Source: Thermodesulfobacteriota bacterium (GTDB taxonomy: Bacteria; Desulfobacterota_D; UBA1144; Nemesobacterales; UBA2774). Taken from it: a DNA stretch of 64,000 bases. Made by a program: the position numbers and the translations under genes. Below the pieces are notes generated by a model, which saw nothing but the letters and a program-made list of their open reading frames with translations, did not search any database and had not been told where the DNA came from. Location: the NCBI GenBank assembly GCA_963422265.1, contig OY729416.1, forward strand, positions 480,001-544,000. Direction: 5' to 3'. Within the stretch, counting starts at the first letter, position 1. The number at the start of each line of letters is the position of its first letter. Of the stretch, positions 49,419-58,700 are shown piece after piece.

Positions 49419-50930
49419 TCAGCCTTGTTTTAGCAAATCCCGATACATATTGAGATACTGCTCACCCGAGTTTCTCCAGGAAAAGTCCTCTTTCATCGCT
49501 CTTTTCACAAGCGCTTGCCATTCCTCTGCCTTTTCAAAGATGGATATTGCCCTTATCAAAGCGTCTAAAAGGCTAACCTTTGAAAACTCGTGGAATATGA
49601 AACCGTTACCGTTCACGTTATCCTCAGAGTAATCTTTTACCGTATCAATAAGTCCTCCTATACCTCTAACAACCGGTATGCTACCGTATCTGAGTGCAAT
49701 CATCTGACCAAGTCCGCAGGGCTCAAACCTCGAGGGCATAATAAACATATCGGATCCCGCATATATTCTTCTTTCAAGAGTATCATTAATGCCTATAGTT
49801 AGTGATACATTTCTATTGTATCGCCGTCTTGCCTTTCTTAAAAGTCGTTCATAACGTAGCTCACCTTTTCCTATAACTACAACCTGATAACCGAGATCTA
49901 GTATTTGAGGAAGGGCATCAATGAGAAGGTCTATACCCTTTTGCTCCGTAAGTTTTGAAACGATTCCAAGAAGCGGTGCGCTTTTATTTGGCTCGAGCCC
50001 TAATTCCTTTTTTAACAATTCTTTGTTCTTAGTCTTATTACCATGCCTCGCATAACTGTAGTTCTCATAAATTGAGGGGTCTTTATCAGGATTCCAGAGG
50101 TTAAAATCAATGCCATTTAGTATCCCGACGAAGTTGTTCGATTTTCTAGTTATCCACTTAAAAACTGCCTCCATGCCGTAGGCGTATTCACGTTTCTTTA
50201 GCTCTTCAGCGTAGGTAGGGCTTACAGTTGTTACCATATGGGAGTATATGATCCCTCCTTTTAGAAGATTGGCTTTCCCATGAAGCTCAAGTCCCTGGGG
50301 TGTGAATAAGTATATTGGGAGTCCGAACCTTTCTAGTATGTCTTTAGCAAAAGTTCCCTGATAAGAAACGTTGTGGACGGTAAAAACAATTTTTGAATTC
50401 TTAAAAAAGTCATCATCCCTTAGATGCTTTCGCCATTTAAGGAATATTGGAACAAAAGCTCCCTGCCAGTCATGGCAATGTATGATGTCTGGTTTAAAGT
50501 TAAGCGCTTTTGCCGCTCCTAAAGAGGATAAGGATAAGAATCCGAACCTCAGGTCGTTATCTTCAAATTCTCCTTTTCGCGTGGCGTAAATTTGATCGCG
50601 TTTATAGAGTTCGTCGTTCTCTATTAAATAGACGGTTACACGGTCGAGGTTGAGTTTGTATATGTTGCAGGCTACAGGAAGCCAGTCAATGCAAACTGTG
50701 ACGCTTTCTTTTAATTTTTTGGGTTTTATTTTAAGCTTGTTTAAGTTCTTCTTTACCTGTTTATAGAAAGGTATAGCAACCCTCAAGTCACATTTAAGTC
50801 CTGAGAGCCTCCTTGATAAAGCTCCTATTACATCGGCAAGTCCACCGACTTTCGCTAGGGGCTCCATTTCTGAAACTATGAATAAAACTTTCATTTTTTC
50901 ACATAAGTGCTTAGGGTCTTCTTTTCTCAT
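49419..50930 (-). CDS. glgA: Glycogen synthase
   Basis: KVGGLADV, HCHDWQ, TVHN, PSRFEPCGL. Confidence 0.93.
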   Translation of the reverse strand: MRKEDPKHLCEKMKVLFIVSEMEPLAKVGGLADVIGALSRRLSGLKCDLRVAIPFYKQVKKNLNKLKIKPKKLKESVTVCIDWLPVACNIYKLNLDRVTVYLIENDELYKRDQIYATRKGEFEDNDLRFGFLSLSSLGAAKALNFKPDIIHCHDWQGAFVPIFLKWRKHLRDDDFFKNSKIVFTVHNVSYQGTFAKDILERFGLPIYLFTPQGLELHGKANLLKGGIIYSHMVTTVSPTYAEELKKREYAYGMEAVFKWITRKSNNFVGILNGIDFNLWNPDKDPSIYENYSYARHGNKTKNKELLKKELGLEPNKSAPLLGIVSKLTEQKGIDLLIDALPQILDLGYQVVVIGKGELRYERLLRKARRRYNRNVSLTIGINDTLERRIYAGSDMFIMPSRFEPCGLGQMIALRYGSIPVVRGIGGLIDTVKDYSEDNVNGNGFIFHEFSKVSLLDALIRAISIFEKAEEWQALVKRAMKEDFSWRNSGEQYLNMYRDLLKQG

Positions 50931-50964
50931 AAGCTATTTGTAAATTCGTAAAACCTTCCTCGCT

Positions 50965-51606
50965 TTACGCTTGGACAGGTGCTCTTTCTAAATCAGCAAA
51001 TCTAGTTACAAATGTTTTGGCAGTTTCACTTATAGCTTTGGACTCAATTCGTTTATTGCTCCCTAAGAGCGCTCCTGAAATACCTACGGCAGTAACTCCT
51101 GCTTGTATATAGTTTATAAAATTATGGTAGTTTATTCCCCCTGTAGCCATAATTTCCATGAAAGGGAGAGGCTTTTTGATCGCTTTTACATACGATGGTC
51201 CCCCAACTGATTCGGCGGGGAAAATCTTCACCAAGTCTGCTCCTTCCCTCCAAGCGTTTACCATTTCAGAAGACGTGAGCGCTCCCTGTATGCTTAGTAC
51301 ATTGTTACTTTTAGCAAATGAGATTAGCTCTTTATCAGTATGGGGAGAGACAATAAACTTGGATCCAGCCCTTAGGGCGTCTTGCGCCATTTGGAGATTT
51401 AGCACCGTCCCCGCCCCTACCGATATGCCTACCCTCTGGCTTAGTTCTGAAATTACCGTCTCAGCCCCTGCAAATGAAAAAGTAACCTCTATTAGCTTTA
51501 AGCCACCCTTTATGCAGCCTTCGGCGAACTCAAGCGCTTCCTCTATGCTATTACCACTTATAACAGCAATTATCCTGTTCCTTTTTATCTGATTAAGAGT
51601 ACTCAC
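50965..51606 (-). CDS. eda: KDPG/KHG aldolase family protein
   Basis: IEVT, VGAGTV, FIVSP, VKIFPA, TGGI. Confidence 0.88.
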   Translation of the reverse strand: MSTLNQIKRNRIIAVISGNSIEEALEFAEGCIKGGLKLIEVTFSFAGAETVISELSQRVGISVGAGTVLNLQMAQDALRAGSKFIVSPHTDKELISFAKSNNVLSIQGALTSSEMVNAWREGADLVKIFPAESVGGPSYVKAIKKPLPFMEIMATGGINYHNFINYIQAGVTAVGISGALLGSNKRIESKAISETAKTFVTRFADLERAPVQA

Positions 51607-51673
51607 GTTAATACCTTAATAGAATCCTTCTGGAATTTTTATTAGTTTTTATGTAACATATAAACGGATTATT

Positions 51674-52114
51674 ATGAATAGCGCAATGATTCAGGAAAAG
51701 GTGAATAATTTTATCGAGCATAGTAAGCGACTCGGTCTCAAGGTTACCCCACAAAGAATTGCAATTTATAGAGAGCTTGCAATTACTGATAAGCATCCAA
51801 GTACCGAAAATATTTATAAGAAGATCAAAGATTATTACCCTAACATATCTCTTACGACCGTTTACAGAACCCTCGAAACCTTCGAAAAGCTAGGTCTCGT
51901 TTCCATCGTGAACGTTTTATCTAGTGCTGCAAGATATGATGCTAACTTAGAGACCCATCATCACATCGTATGCTCCAAGTGTAAGAAAGTTGAGGACGTT
52001 TATGATGAATCGCTCAATAAGTTAAATATATCTGCAAAAACGCTTGGGGATTATAAAGTACATGGTTATTCTCTAATACTTAACGGTACCTGCCGAACCT
52101 GTAGGGACAGCTAA
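51674..52114 (+). CDS. Fur-family regulator, PerR-like
   Basis: KVTPQRIAI, HPSTE, SLTTVYRTL, RYDAN..HHHIVCSKC, CRTC. Confidence 0.88.
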   Translation: MNSAMIQEKVNNFIEHSKRLGLKVTPQRIAIYRELAITDKHPSTENIYKKIKDYYPNISLTTVYRTLETFEKLGLVSIVNVLSSAARYDANLETHHHIVCSKCKKVEDVYDESLNKLNISAKTLGDYKVHGYSLILNGTCRTCRDS

Positions 52115-52234
52115 AACTATATAAACTTTAATTATAATGAGGCTTCCTAAATCTTCCCTCCTGCGCGAGATCCTACTTATATTAGATGTGAGGTTTAAGG
52201 ATACAAAAATATTAAAGACATTAAGGAGATTTGT

Positions 52235-53545
52235 GTGGGTATCCCTGAAGGTTTGAAGGTCGCGCTTAATTTCGGCTTTATGGACTCCATTTTTACAAGG
52301 CGCTCAAGAAGGTTTGGTCTCGGTATGGAAATAACTGAGGGCACCCTAAAGCATAAGTCGGAATACCCTCCAGTGCCATTAACTGAGCTTGAAGAGGCGT
52401 TTTTGATTTGGTCAGGAACTGGAATGACGGGACTGTCATTAGGGGATTTGCCGCGCACTGGTATTTCGTGGCTATTTCAGTGGACTGGAAGGAGCTGGCC
52501 CTGCTCGTGTAATTCACATTCTACCGAGCTTTTTTACACAAACGATAACGGCGTATATGTGGTTAAGCTTCACGACTTGATGCCTGAACAGGAGGAGACG
52601 TCTATTTTCTCCGGAAAGACGGAAAAAGAGAAACTTGAGAAAGTGCTTGAGCTTTTCAAGAAGAGCTTAGTTAGGCTTGAGGAAGGAAGAGCCAAGCTAC
52701 CCAAAGGCGAACCCGGGCTATTTGATTTTAACGCTTGGAATTGTAACAAGCCAGGCACAACATTTTTTATCCCGGTAACAAACACGACAGTTGAGTATAT
52801 GGTTCTGTTATTCATATATTTCGGCGCTAAGTATGGCTTTAACGTGATAGATGAACTCAATGGAGGAAGATCATGTGGACTTGATAAGTGGATAAAAAGG
52901 GGATATATACGTAAAGAAGTCGAGTTATCGCTCTTTGATCTTGAATTGAGGGTGCTTACTACTCTAAACGTAGAACAGGCGTTTATTTGCCAGAATATGA
53001 ACCTTGCGCTTCAGAGCCTCGGACTCGGTGGTTGGGCTTTTACGGGGTTACTGCCTCATTACGCCTTGGGCTTGGACCCGAATTACAGAGGGCTTGGATT
53101 TAGATTTATGCGCCCTGAAAAAACGCTAAGGAGCGCGAAACCTCCCGTCCCTGTGGGAAGGGACGGTATTTTTGAAGCGCTGTGTCCTCCCTACGTAAGG
53201 GATATGCGTGAGGCGGTGGATAGATTTCTCCAGCAGAGAGGACGGTTTTGGGAAGAGGATAACCCTTATCCTTATAGACGTCCTAGCGATATATTAGCGG
53301 ATGAGTACCATCCCAGTGAGGTGAGGATTGAAATTGTTAAGGATTTCTGCACTTACGTCTATGAAAACTACGGTCGGTTCCCAGCCTTCCTAGACCCTAT
53401 GTTTACAAGGCTCGTTTTCCAAGCGCACCACTTAGACTTAGATTTCTATGATAAGTATTACAAAGATGGTGCTTACACCGATGTTCATAGAAAGCACTTT
53501 AAGCTCTGGCATCCAGAGATTGAGGACTTTTTTGAAACTAGATAA
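52235..53545 (+). CDS. Uncharacterised nitroreductase/SagB-fold protein (paralog 2)
   Basis: RRSRRF, FLIWSGTG, GRSWPCSCN, QNMNLALQSLGLGGW; AAGGAG RBS. Confidence 0.7.
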   Translation: MGIPEGLKVALNFGFMDSIFTRRSRRFGLGMEITEGTLKHKSEYPPVPLTELEEAFLIWSGTGMTGLSLGDLPRTGISWLFQWTGRSWPCSCNSHSTELFYTNDNGVYVVKLHDLMPEQEETSIFSGKTEKEKLEKVLELFKKSLVRLEEGRAKLPKGEPGLFDFNAWNCNKPGTTFFIPVTNTTVEYMVLLFIYFGAKYGFNVIDELNGGRSCGLDKWIKRGYIRKEVELSLFDLELRVLTTLNVEQAFICQNMNLALQSLGLGGWAFTGLLPHYALGLDPNYRGLGFRFMRPEKTLRSAKPPVPVGRDGIFEALCPPYVRDMREAVDRFLQQRGRFWEEDNPYPYRRPSDILADEYHPSEVRIEIVKDFCTYVYENYGRFPAFLDPMFTRLVFQAHHLDLDFYDKYYKDGAYTDVHRKHFKLWHPEIEDFFETR

Positions 53546-53606
53546 ACCTATTTCCCCAAATTGGTTGGAGAGAATTCTCAAAACTGCTCCCTTTTATAAA
53601 TACAAC

Positions 53607-54071
53607 TTATGGCTTACCGTTAAGTGCTAGGTTCTTATTTTTATAGTTCTCGTCATGCGTAATCTCATCCGCTAACCAAAGAGGTGGATTGAAGCTGACT
53701 GCATCTTCCTCACGTTCAAACTCAACTTCCGCTGTAACCAGACCCTCCAGCGCGCCTTGATATACATCAAGCTCAATCACCCTATCCTCATATTTGATTT
53801 CATAGCGCGTCTTCTCAATTCTTTTACCGTCAGTTAAATGCCAGAAGGCGTAAAACTGCTTTTGATTAAGCTCGGTCTCAATCTCATCTCTTGCAAGTCC
53901 GATGCCCATTTTCACTGCTTGATAATACCTGCTTCCTTTTTGACGAAGTCTTACCTCTAATGCCTCAGTAACAACGATATAGCCTTGTAGTATTTGATAG
54001 CTAGAATAGCGATGCAAGGTGCGCAGTGGAGGGAACTTGACTAAATACTTTCTTTCAATCTCACTTGCCAT
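53607..54071 (-). CDS. CYTH-domain protein (triphosphate tunnel metalloenzyme)
   Basis: EIERKY (ExExK), VRLRQK, IEKTRY, ELDVY, AEVEF. Confidence 0.9.
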   Translation of the reverse strand: MASEIERKYLVKFPPLRTLHRYSSYQILQGYIVVTEALEVRLRQKGSRYYQAVKMGIGLARDEIETELNQKQFYAFWHLTDGKRIEKTRYEIKYEDRVIELDVYQGALEGLVTAEVEFEREEDAVSFNPPLWLADEITHDENYKNKNLALNGKP

Positions 54072-54083
54072 GGATGTAACTAA

Positions 54084-54821
54084 TTATAAGTTTTTTATTT
54101 CATTCCATAGAGCTGTATAGGCTTGGGCGCTTTCAGAGCCGGGTTCAAACTCATTTACTGGCATTCTATATATTCCCATTTTTTCTATGCTGGACCTGTA
54201 TGGTATATGAGTTTCTAAGATGTTTTTCCCCTTATATGACATCTCTTTAATTATATTCTGGTGTAGCCCCTTTCTTTTCTCAACCATAGAGAAAAATATG
54301 TAAAGCTTGGAGAGGTCTATGCCCTTCTTCTCCATGAACTCAACTAGCTTGTTGTAGGTAAGTGCTGAAAGCGTAGTCGGTATAAGAGGGACGATTATCG
54401 CGTCCGAAGCTTCGAACACGTTTTCCGAGAGGAGTGATATGCCCGGAGGGCAGTCTAAAAACATGTAATCATACTCATCTTTTATTGCCTTAAATATCTT
54501 TCTTAGTCTAGTTTTGGAGTTTCTCAATGAGTCAAGGGATAGGTCCATATTGCGAAAGGAAAGCTTGGATGGAAGGAGGTCTAACTTAGCGTAATCAGTC
54601 CCCTTTATATTTTTACTAATACTCCCCCCACCCTTTACAAACTTACTTGAGCTAAATTCCTTTGAAGCCCTGATACGAAAGTAGTAGCTTGAAGCCCCTT
54701 GTGGATCCAGATCACAAATTATAGTGCGAAATTCATCTCTTGCGGCTAGGAAAGCCAGATTTACGGAAGCCGCTGTTTTTCCTACGCCCCCCTTCATACT
54801 ATAAAGCGCAAATGTTTTCAT
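54084..54821 (-). CDS. ParA/Soj-family ATPase with no ParB partner
   Basis: Deviant Walker A KGGVGKT, DLDPQG, LDCPP. Confidence 0.92.
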   Translation of the reverse strand: MKTFALYSMKGGVGKTAASVNLAFLAARDEFRTIICDLDPQGASSYYFRIRASKEFSSSKFVKGGGSISKNIKGTDYAKLDLLPSKLSFRNMDLSLDSLRNSKTRLRKIFKAIKDEYDYMFLDCPPGISLLSENVFEASDAIIVPLIPTTLSALTYNKLVEFMEKKGIDLSKLYIFFSMVEKRKGLHQNIIKEMSYKGKNILETHIPYRSSIEKMGIYRMPVNEFEPGSESAQAYTALWNEIKNL

Positions 54822-54823
54822 AA

Positions 54824-56413
54824 TTAAGCCAAAACTTCGTCGTTGGAGAAAAGCTTCTTGAAAAGCGCCTTGTTTTCATTGATGCTGAACTGCTCAAATC
54901 TGTTTGAGAATAGAGACCTAGCTTGTTTTTGCTTGCGGTGTAAAATGGATATTAAGCCCCCTGCGGCTATCGCACAGTTTCTGTCGTATTCATCTTTTCC
55001 CGAGTCAAATTCCTGTATAAAACTCTTCAGGCTTTGCTGTTGAACGTAGAGATCGTTAAAGTCGCCTAGATTGTCCTGAAGTCTTTTCATTTGTTTAATA
55101 ATTTGCTCCATTTCTTTGTCTGGAAATAGACAGGCGAAGAATTCAAGACAATACCTCAGTTTCTTGCATTCAATACGGAGCTTGTGAAGAACGGGATCTG
55201 GGCTCTCATCATCTATTTGCCTGCCGGTCTTAATGACCTTTTTATACCTTTTCCAAATAGTTTTCTTTGCTAACTCTATAATTGGAGTATTGAGATTAAA
55301 CGTTGACTTGTCACCTCTTATCGGCTGTTCTTTCAGAAAGTTATCCAATGTATCAAGAGCGCTTTTATACGAGTAACCCGCAAGAGATTTTACAAACCCT
55401 TTATGCGCTTCCTTTCTCTTTTTACAAAGTATTTCATCAAATAGATAATTTAAACCTAAGCGCATGTCTTCAGGAATTATATTCAAATACTCTTGTCTCT
55501 TAAGTAGATATACGTCAAGGTCGCGTAAAAGGTTGGTCATTTTGCCAAGCCTCGCAAAATCCATTTTAAGTTGGCTGGTTACGTCTTCAGGGAAAACCCC
55601 CTTTATCAGCGTAAGAAGGGAACGCGCTCGCCTAACCGCTACCCTGAAATCATGTAAGAACTCTGTGTCAATATCCTCTTTCATGCCATACTCATTAAGC
55701 TTCATTGTCTGAAGAAGGTTTGAAAGTATGTTCTTGAAGGCTCGGGAGGCGGGCATTTGTGAAGCTAAGGCAAAGTTTAACTTAGATGAGTAATTAGAAG
55801 GCTCTTTACCAATGGATTCAAGCGCCATACCGAAAACATCTCCGCCGCATTCTTTAAGCATGGACCGCTCTATATTACTCTTTATCCTATTAAACTCCCT
55901 ATCATAACCCCTTACCGGTGCTAAACTCAACATGTTTATCAACAACTTTTTCTTGCCATTATCAGAAAGACTGATGTTCTGAATACTTAAAAAAGCGACA
56001 GTCTTTTCATCTTTATTCAGAACCCTCGTTTTTGTTATATGTCTTCTAATATCTACTACTGGTAACAAAGCCCTTACATCTATACAAGATTTTAGCTCTT
56101 TTCCCAAAGGACAGTCAGGCAGATCCCACCAGAACCTCAGACTAACCTTTGATCTATCTATAACTTGAGTCATAGATTGAGCTAAGTTAAGTTTGCTTAG
56201 GTGGTAAGACTTACTTTCTTTTGATAGAGTAAGTCCTTTTTTGTATAGCCTGAAGTCAAAGGTGTCTAAGTAGTTTTGGATTTTCACATAAGCTGTTTCC
56301 GTGTTGATGAGGTATCCAGAGGCTATCTGACTAAGAAATTCTTTATCTGTCTGAGATTGTGAAGTTACAAAATACTTTATACGATTATGGTTCAAGTCTC
56401 TGGCTCCTACCAT
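54824..56413 (-). CDS. CHAD-domain protein with an N-terminal CYTH-like region
   Basis: LHDFRVAVRRARS, RDLDV, LHKLRIECKKLRY, LQDNLGDFND; N-terminal YLDTFDFRL. Confidence 0.88.
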   Translation of the reverse strand: MVGARDLNHNRIKYFVTSQSQTDKEFLSQIASGYLINTETAYVKIQNYLDTFDFRLYKKGLTLSKESKSYHLSKLNLAQSMTQVIDRSKVSLRFWWDLPDCPLGKELKSCIDVRALLPVVDIRRHITKTRVLNKDEKTVAFLSIQNISLSDNGKKKLLINMLSLAPVRGYDREFNRIKSNIERSMLKECGGDVFGMALESIGKEPSNYSSKLNFALASQMPASRAFKNILSNLLQTMKLNEYGMKEDIDTEFLHDFRVAVRRARSLLTLIKGVFPEDVTSQLKMDFARLGKMTNLLRDLDVYLLKRQEYLNIIPEDMRLGLNYLFDEILCKKRKEAHKGFVKSLAGYSYKSALDTLDNFLKEQPIRGDKSTFNLNTPIIELAKKTIWKRYKKVIKTGRQIDDESPDPVLHKLRIECKKLRYCLEFFACLFPDKEMEQIIKQMKRLQDNLGDFNDLYVQQQSLKSFIQEFDSGKDEYDRNCAIAAGGLISILHRKQKQARSLFSNRFEQFSINENKALFKKLFSNDEVLA

Positions 56414-56474
56414 TTATCATAAGCATAACTGGCAACATAATAACTCAAAAACCTATAAGGGATTCTCTTTAAGC

Positions 56475-57503
56475 TTAAGCTATTTTTAATACTTTAGCGC
56501 CTTTTATCTTACCTTCTTTCAATTCAATCAAAGCTTTATTGGCTTCTTCCAGCTTGTAGGTCTGAACATCGGGCTTAATCGGCATGCTAGAAGCAAGTTT
56601 CAAGAATTCAGCTACGTCCCTCCTACTAACGTTGGCGACGCTCTTTATTTCTTTTTCCATCCACAAATGCTCCGCGTAATTTAGGTTTAATAAGTATTTC
56701 TTGTCAGACTCCTCTTTCCTTATAGCGTTAATAACGAGCCTTCCACCACTCTTTAAGTTTCTTAACGCTTCGACTACAGATTTCCATACGGGTGTGGTAT
56801 CGATAATTAAGTCAAGTTTTTCAGGACATGTATCTTCACTGTCTCCTGTCCAGACCGCTCCCAATTCCCGAGCAAACTCTCTTTCACTAGTGTTTCTAGC
56901 AAATACATATACCTTAGAGCTAGGAAATGTATGTTTTACCATCATCAAGACTAAATGCCCGGAAGCTCCAAAGCCAGTCAGACCTAGACTCATGCCACCC
57001 TGAATACCTGTTAGCCGTAAAGACCTGTATCCAATTGCTCCCGCGCACAAAAGAGGCGCAGCCTCTTCGTCCGTAAATACTTGGGGTATTCTATATACAA
57101 AATTGTGAGGTGCCGTCATGTATTCGGCGTAACCGCCGTCTGTGTCCCTTCCAGTGGCTCTGAAGTCAATGCATAGATTATCTTTATCCTCTAGGCAGTA
57201 ATTGCACTCTCCACAAGAGGAATAAATCCAGGCTACCCCTACTCTATCACCTAATCTAAACTTATTCGTTTCAGCCCCCATACCTTCGACGATGCCTACC
57301 GCTTGGTGACCGATTATTATAGGTAAACTCACTGGGGGAGATCTTCCCTCTATTTCATCCAGTTCCGTATGGCACACCCCGCAGGCTCTAACCTTTATTA
57401 GTACTTCCCTTTCTTGGGGTTTTGGCACTGCTATGTTTTCTAATTTGAGCGGTGTTTTATGCTTCTCTAAATTGACTGTTTCCTTTAATACCATTGCGCG
57501 CAT
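56475..57503 (-). CDS. Zinc-dependent alcohol dehydrogenase family protein
   Basis: CGVCHTE, GHQ, CGECNYC...C, APLLCAG, GFGASG. Confidence 0.92.
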   Translation of the reverse strand: MRAMVLKETVNLEKHKTPLKLENIAVPKPQEREVLIKVRACGVCHTELDEIEGRSPPVSLPIIIGHQAVGIVEGMGAETNKFRLGDRVGVAWIYSSCGECNYCLEDKDNLCIDFRATGRDTDGGYAEYMTAPHNFVYRIPQVFTDEEAAPLLCAGAIGYRSLRLTGIQGGMSLGLTGFGASGHLVLMMVKHTFPSSKVYVFARNTSEREFARELGAVWTGDSEDTCPEKLDLIIDTTPVWKSVVEALRNLKSGGRLVINAIRKEESDKKYLLNLNYAEHLWMEKEIKSVANVSRRDVAEFLKLASSMPIKPDVQTYKLEEANKALIELKEGKIKGAKVLKIA

Positions 57504-57648
57504 GGACTACTCCTCTGATCTTTCATGGCTGGCCAATTTGAATAAAGTTATATTGATTAGAAAATAGGATAATGAACAATTAGACATCTTTATAGAGTAA
57601 AATAGTAATGATTAAATAGAACCTGACTTATAAATAAGTGAGATAGTT

Positions 57649-58647
57649 GTGATTCAGGGACCTAAAAGCAAGCTTACGCTATCGATTCTGCTGATTCTCT
57701 CAATAAATGCCTTCGGCGTAGTCGGTTATATGATTATAGAAGGCTGGAGTTTCAGTGACTCTCTCTTTATGACCTTAATTACGCTGACTACCGTAGGTTA
57801 TGAAGAAGTAAATGAACTTACTCGTTCTGGCGAAATTTTTACAATGATCTTGCTTATAGTAGGGGTGGGCATCATTTTTTATTTGCTGGGCAGTCAAGCA
57901 AAGCTCTTATTGGAAGGGCAACTTCAAGATATAATAGGGAGGAGCAGATTGCAGAAAAAGATAAGAAATCTAAAGAAACATTACATTGTATGTGGTTTTG
58001 GGAGAATGGGTAAAACGGTTGCGAACGAACTCAAAGCTAAGGGCGTTGACGTGCTTGTTATAGAAAAAGAGCCCGTGCCAACTATTGATAAGGGAGACTT
58101 TATCTTTCTAGAAGGTGATGCTAATGATGAAGATTTATTAGAAACGGCGGGAGTTGAAAGGGCAAAAGCTATTATATCGGTTTTACCTACCGATGCTAAA
58201 AATCTATTCTTGGTATTAAGCGCGCGTGAGCTTAACCCTGATATTTTTATTGTTGCAAGAGCGAACCAACAAAACTCGGAGCGTAAGATGCGAAGAGCCG
58301 GAGCTAACAGGGTTGTCTCTCCTTATCACGCTGGGGCGGTAAGAATAGTAAACAGCATTCTACGGCCAGCCGTTATGGACTTTCTTGAGTTTGCGCATAG
58401 TGAAAGCTTAGGGATTGAGCTTAAAGAGATAATAGTTCTTACAGGATCGAAGCTCATAGATAGCACTCTACAGGCTGCTGCTATCGACAAGAAGCTTGGA
58501 ATAATAATACTTGCCATACAAAAACCCGACGGCGCTATGGTTTTTAATCCCACTTCGCAAAGTAAAATGCAAAACGAGGATAAACTCATAGCAATTGGTA
58601 GGTCGGCTAAATTAAACGAGCTTGAATCTATCGCTTCAGGAGCCTGA
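57649..58647 (+). CDS. 2TM potassium-channel-like protein with RCK (TrkA_N/TrkA_C) domains
   Basis: Pore loop TTVGYEE, CGFGRMG, EGDA, AGANRVVSPY. Confidence 0.88.
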   Translation: MIQGPKSKLTLSILLILSINAFGVVGYMIIEGWSFSDSLFMTLITLTTVGYEEVNELTRSGEIFTMILLIVGVGIIFYLLGSQAKLLLEGQLQDIIGRSRLQKKIRNLKKHYIVCGFGRMGKTVANELKAKGVDVLVIEKEPVPTIDKGDFIFLEGDANDEDLLETAGVERAKAIISVLPTDAKNLFLVLSARELNPDIFIVARANQQNSERKMRRAGANRVVSPYHAGAVRIVNSILRPAVMDFLEFAHSESLGIELKEIIVLTGSKLIDSTLQAAAIDKKLGIIILAIQKPDGAMVFNPTSQSKMQNEDKLIAIGRSAKLNELESIASGA

Positions 58648-58700
58648 ATGAGCGTTTGAAAAGTCATTTTTAGGTGATTAGAAATTGCGAGTTCTAAAGT

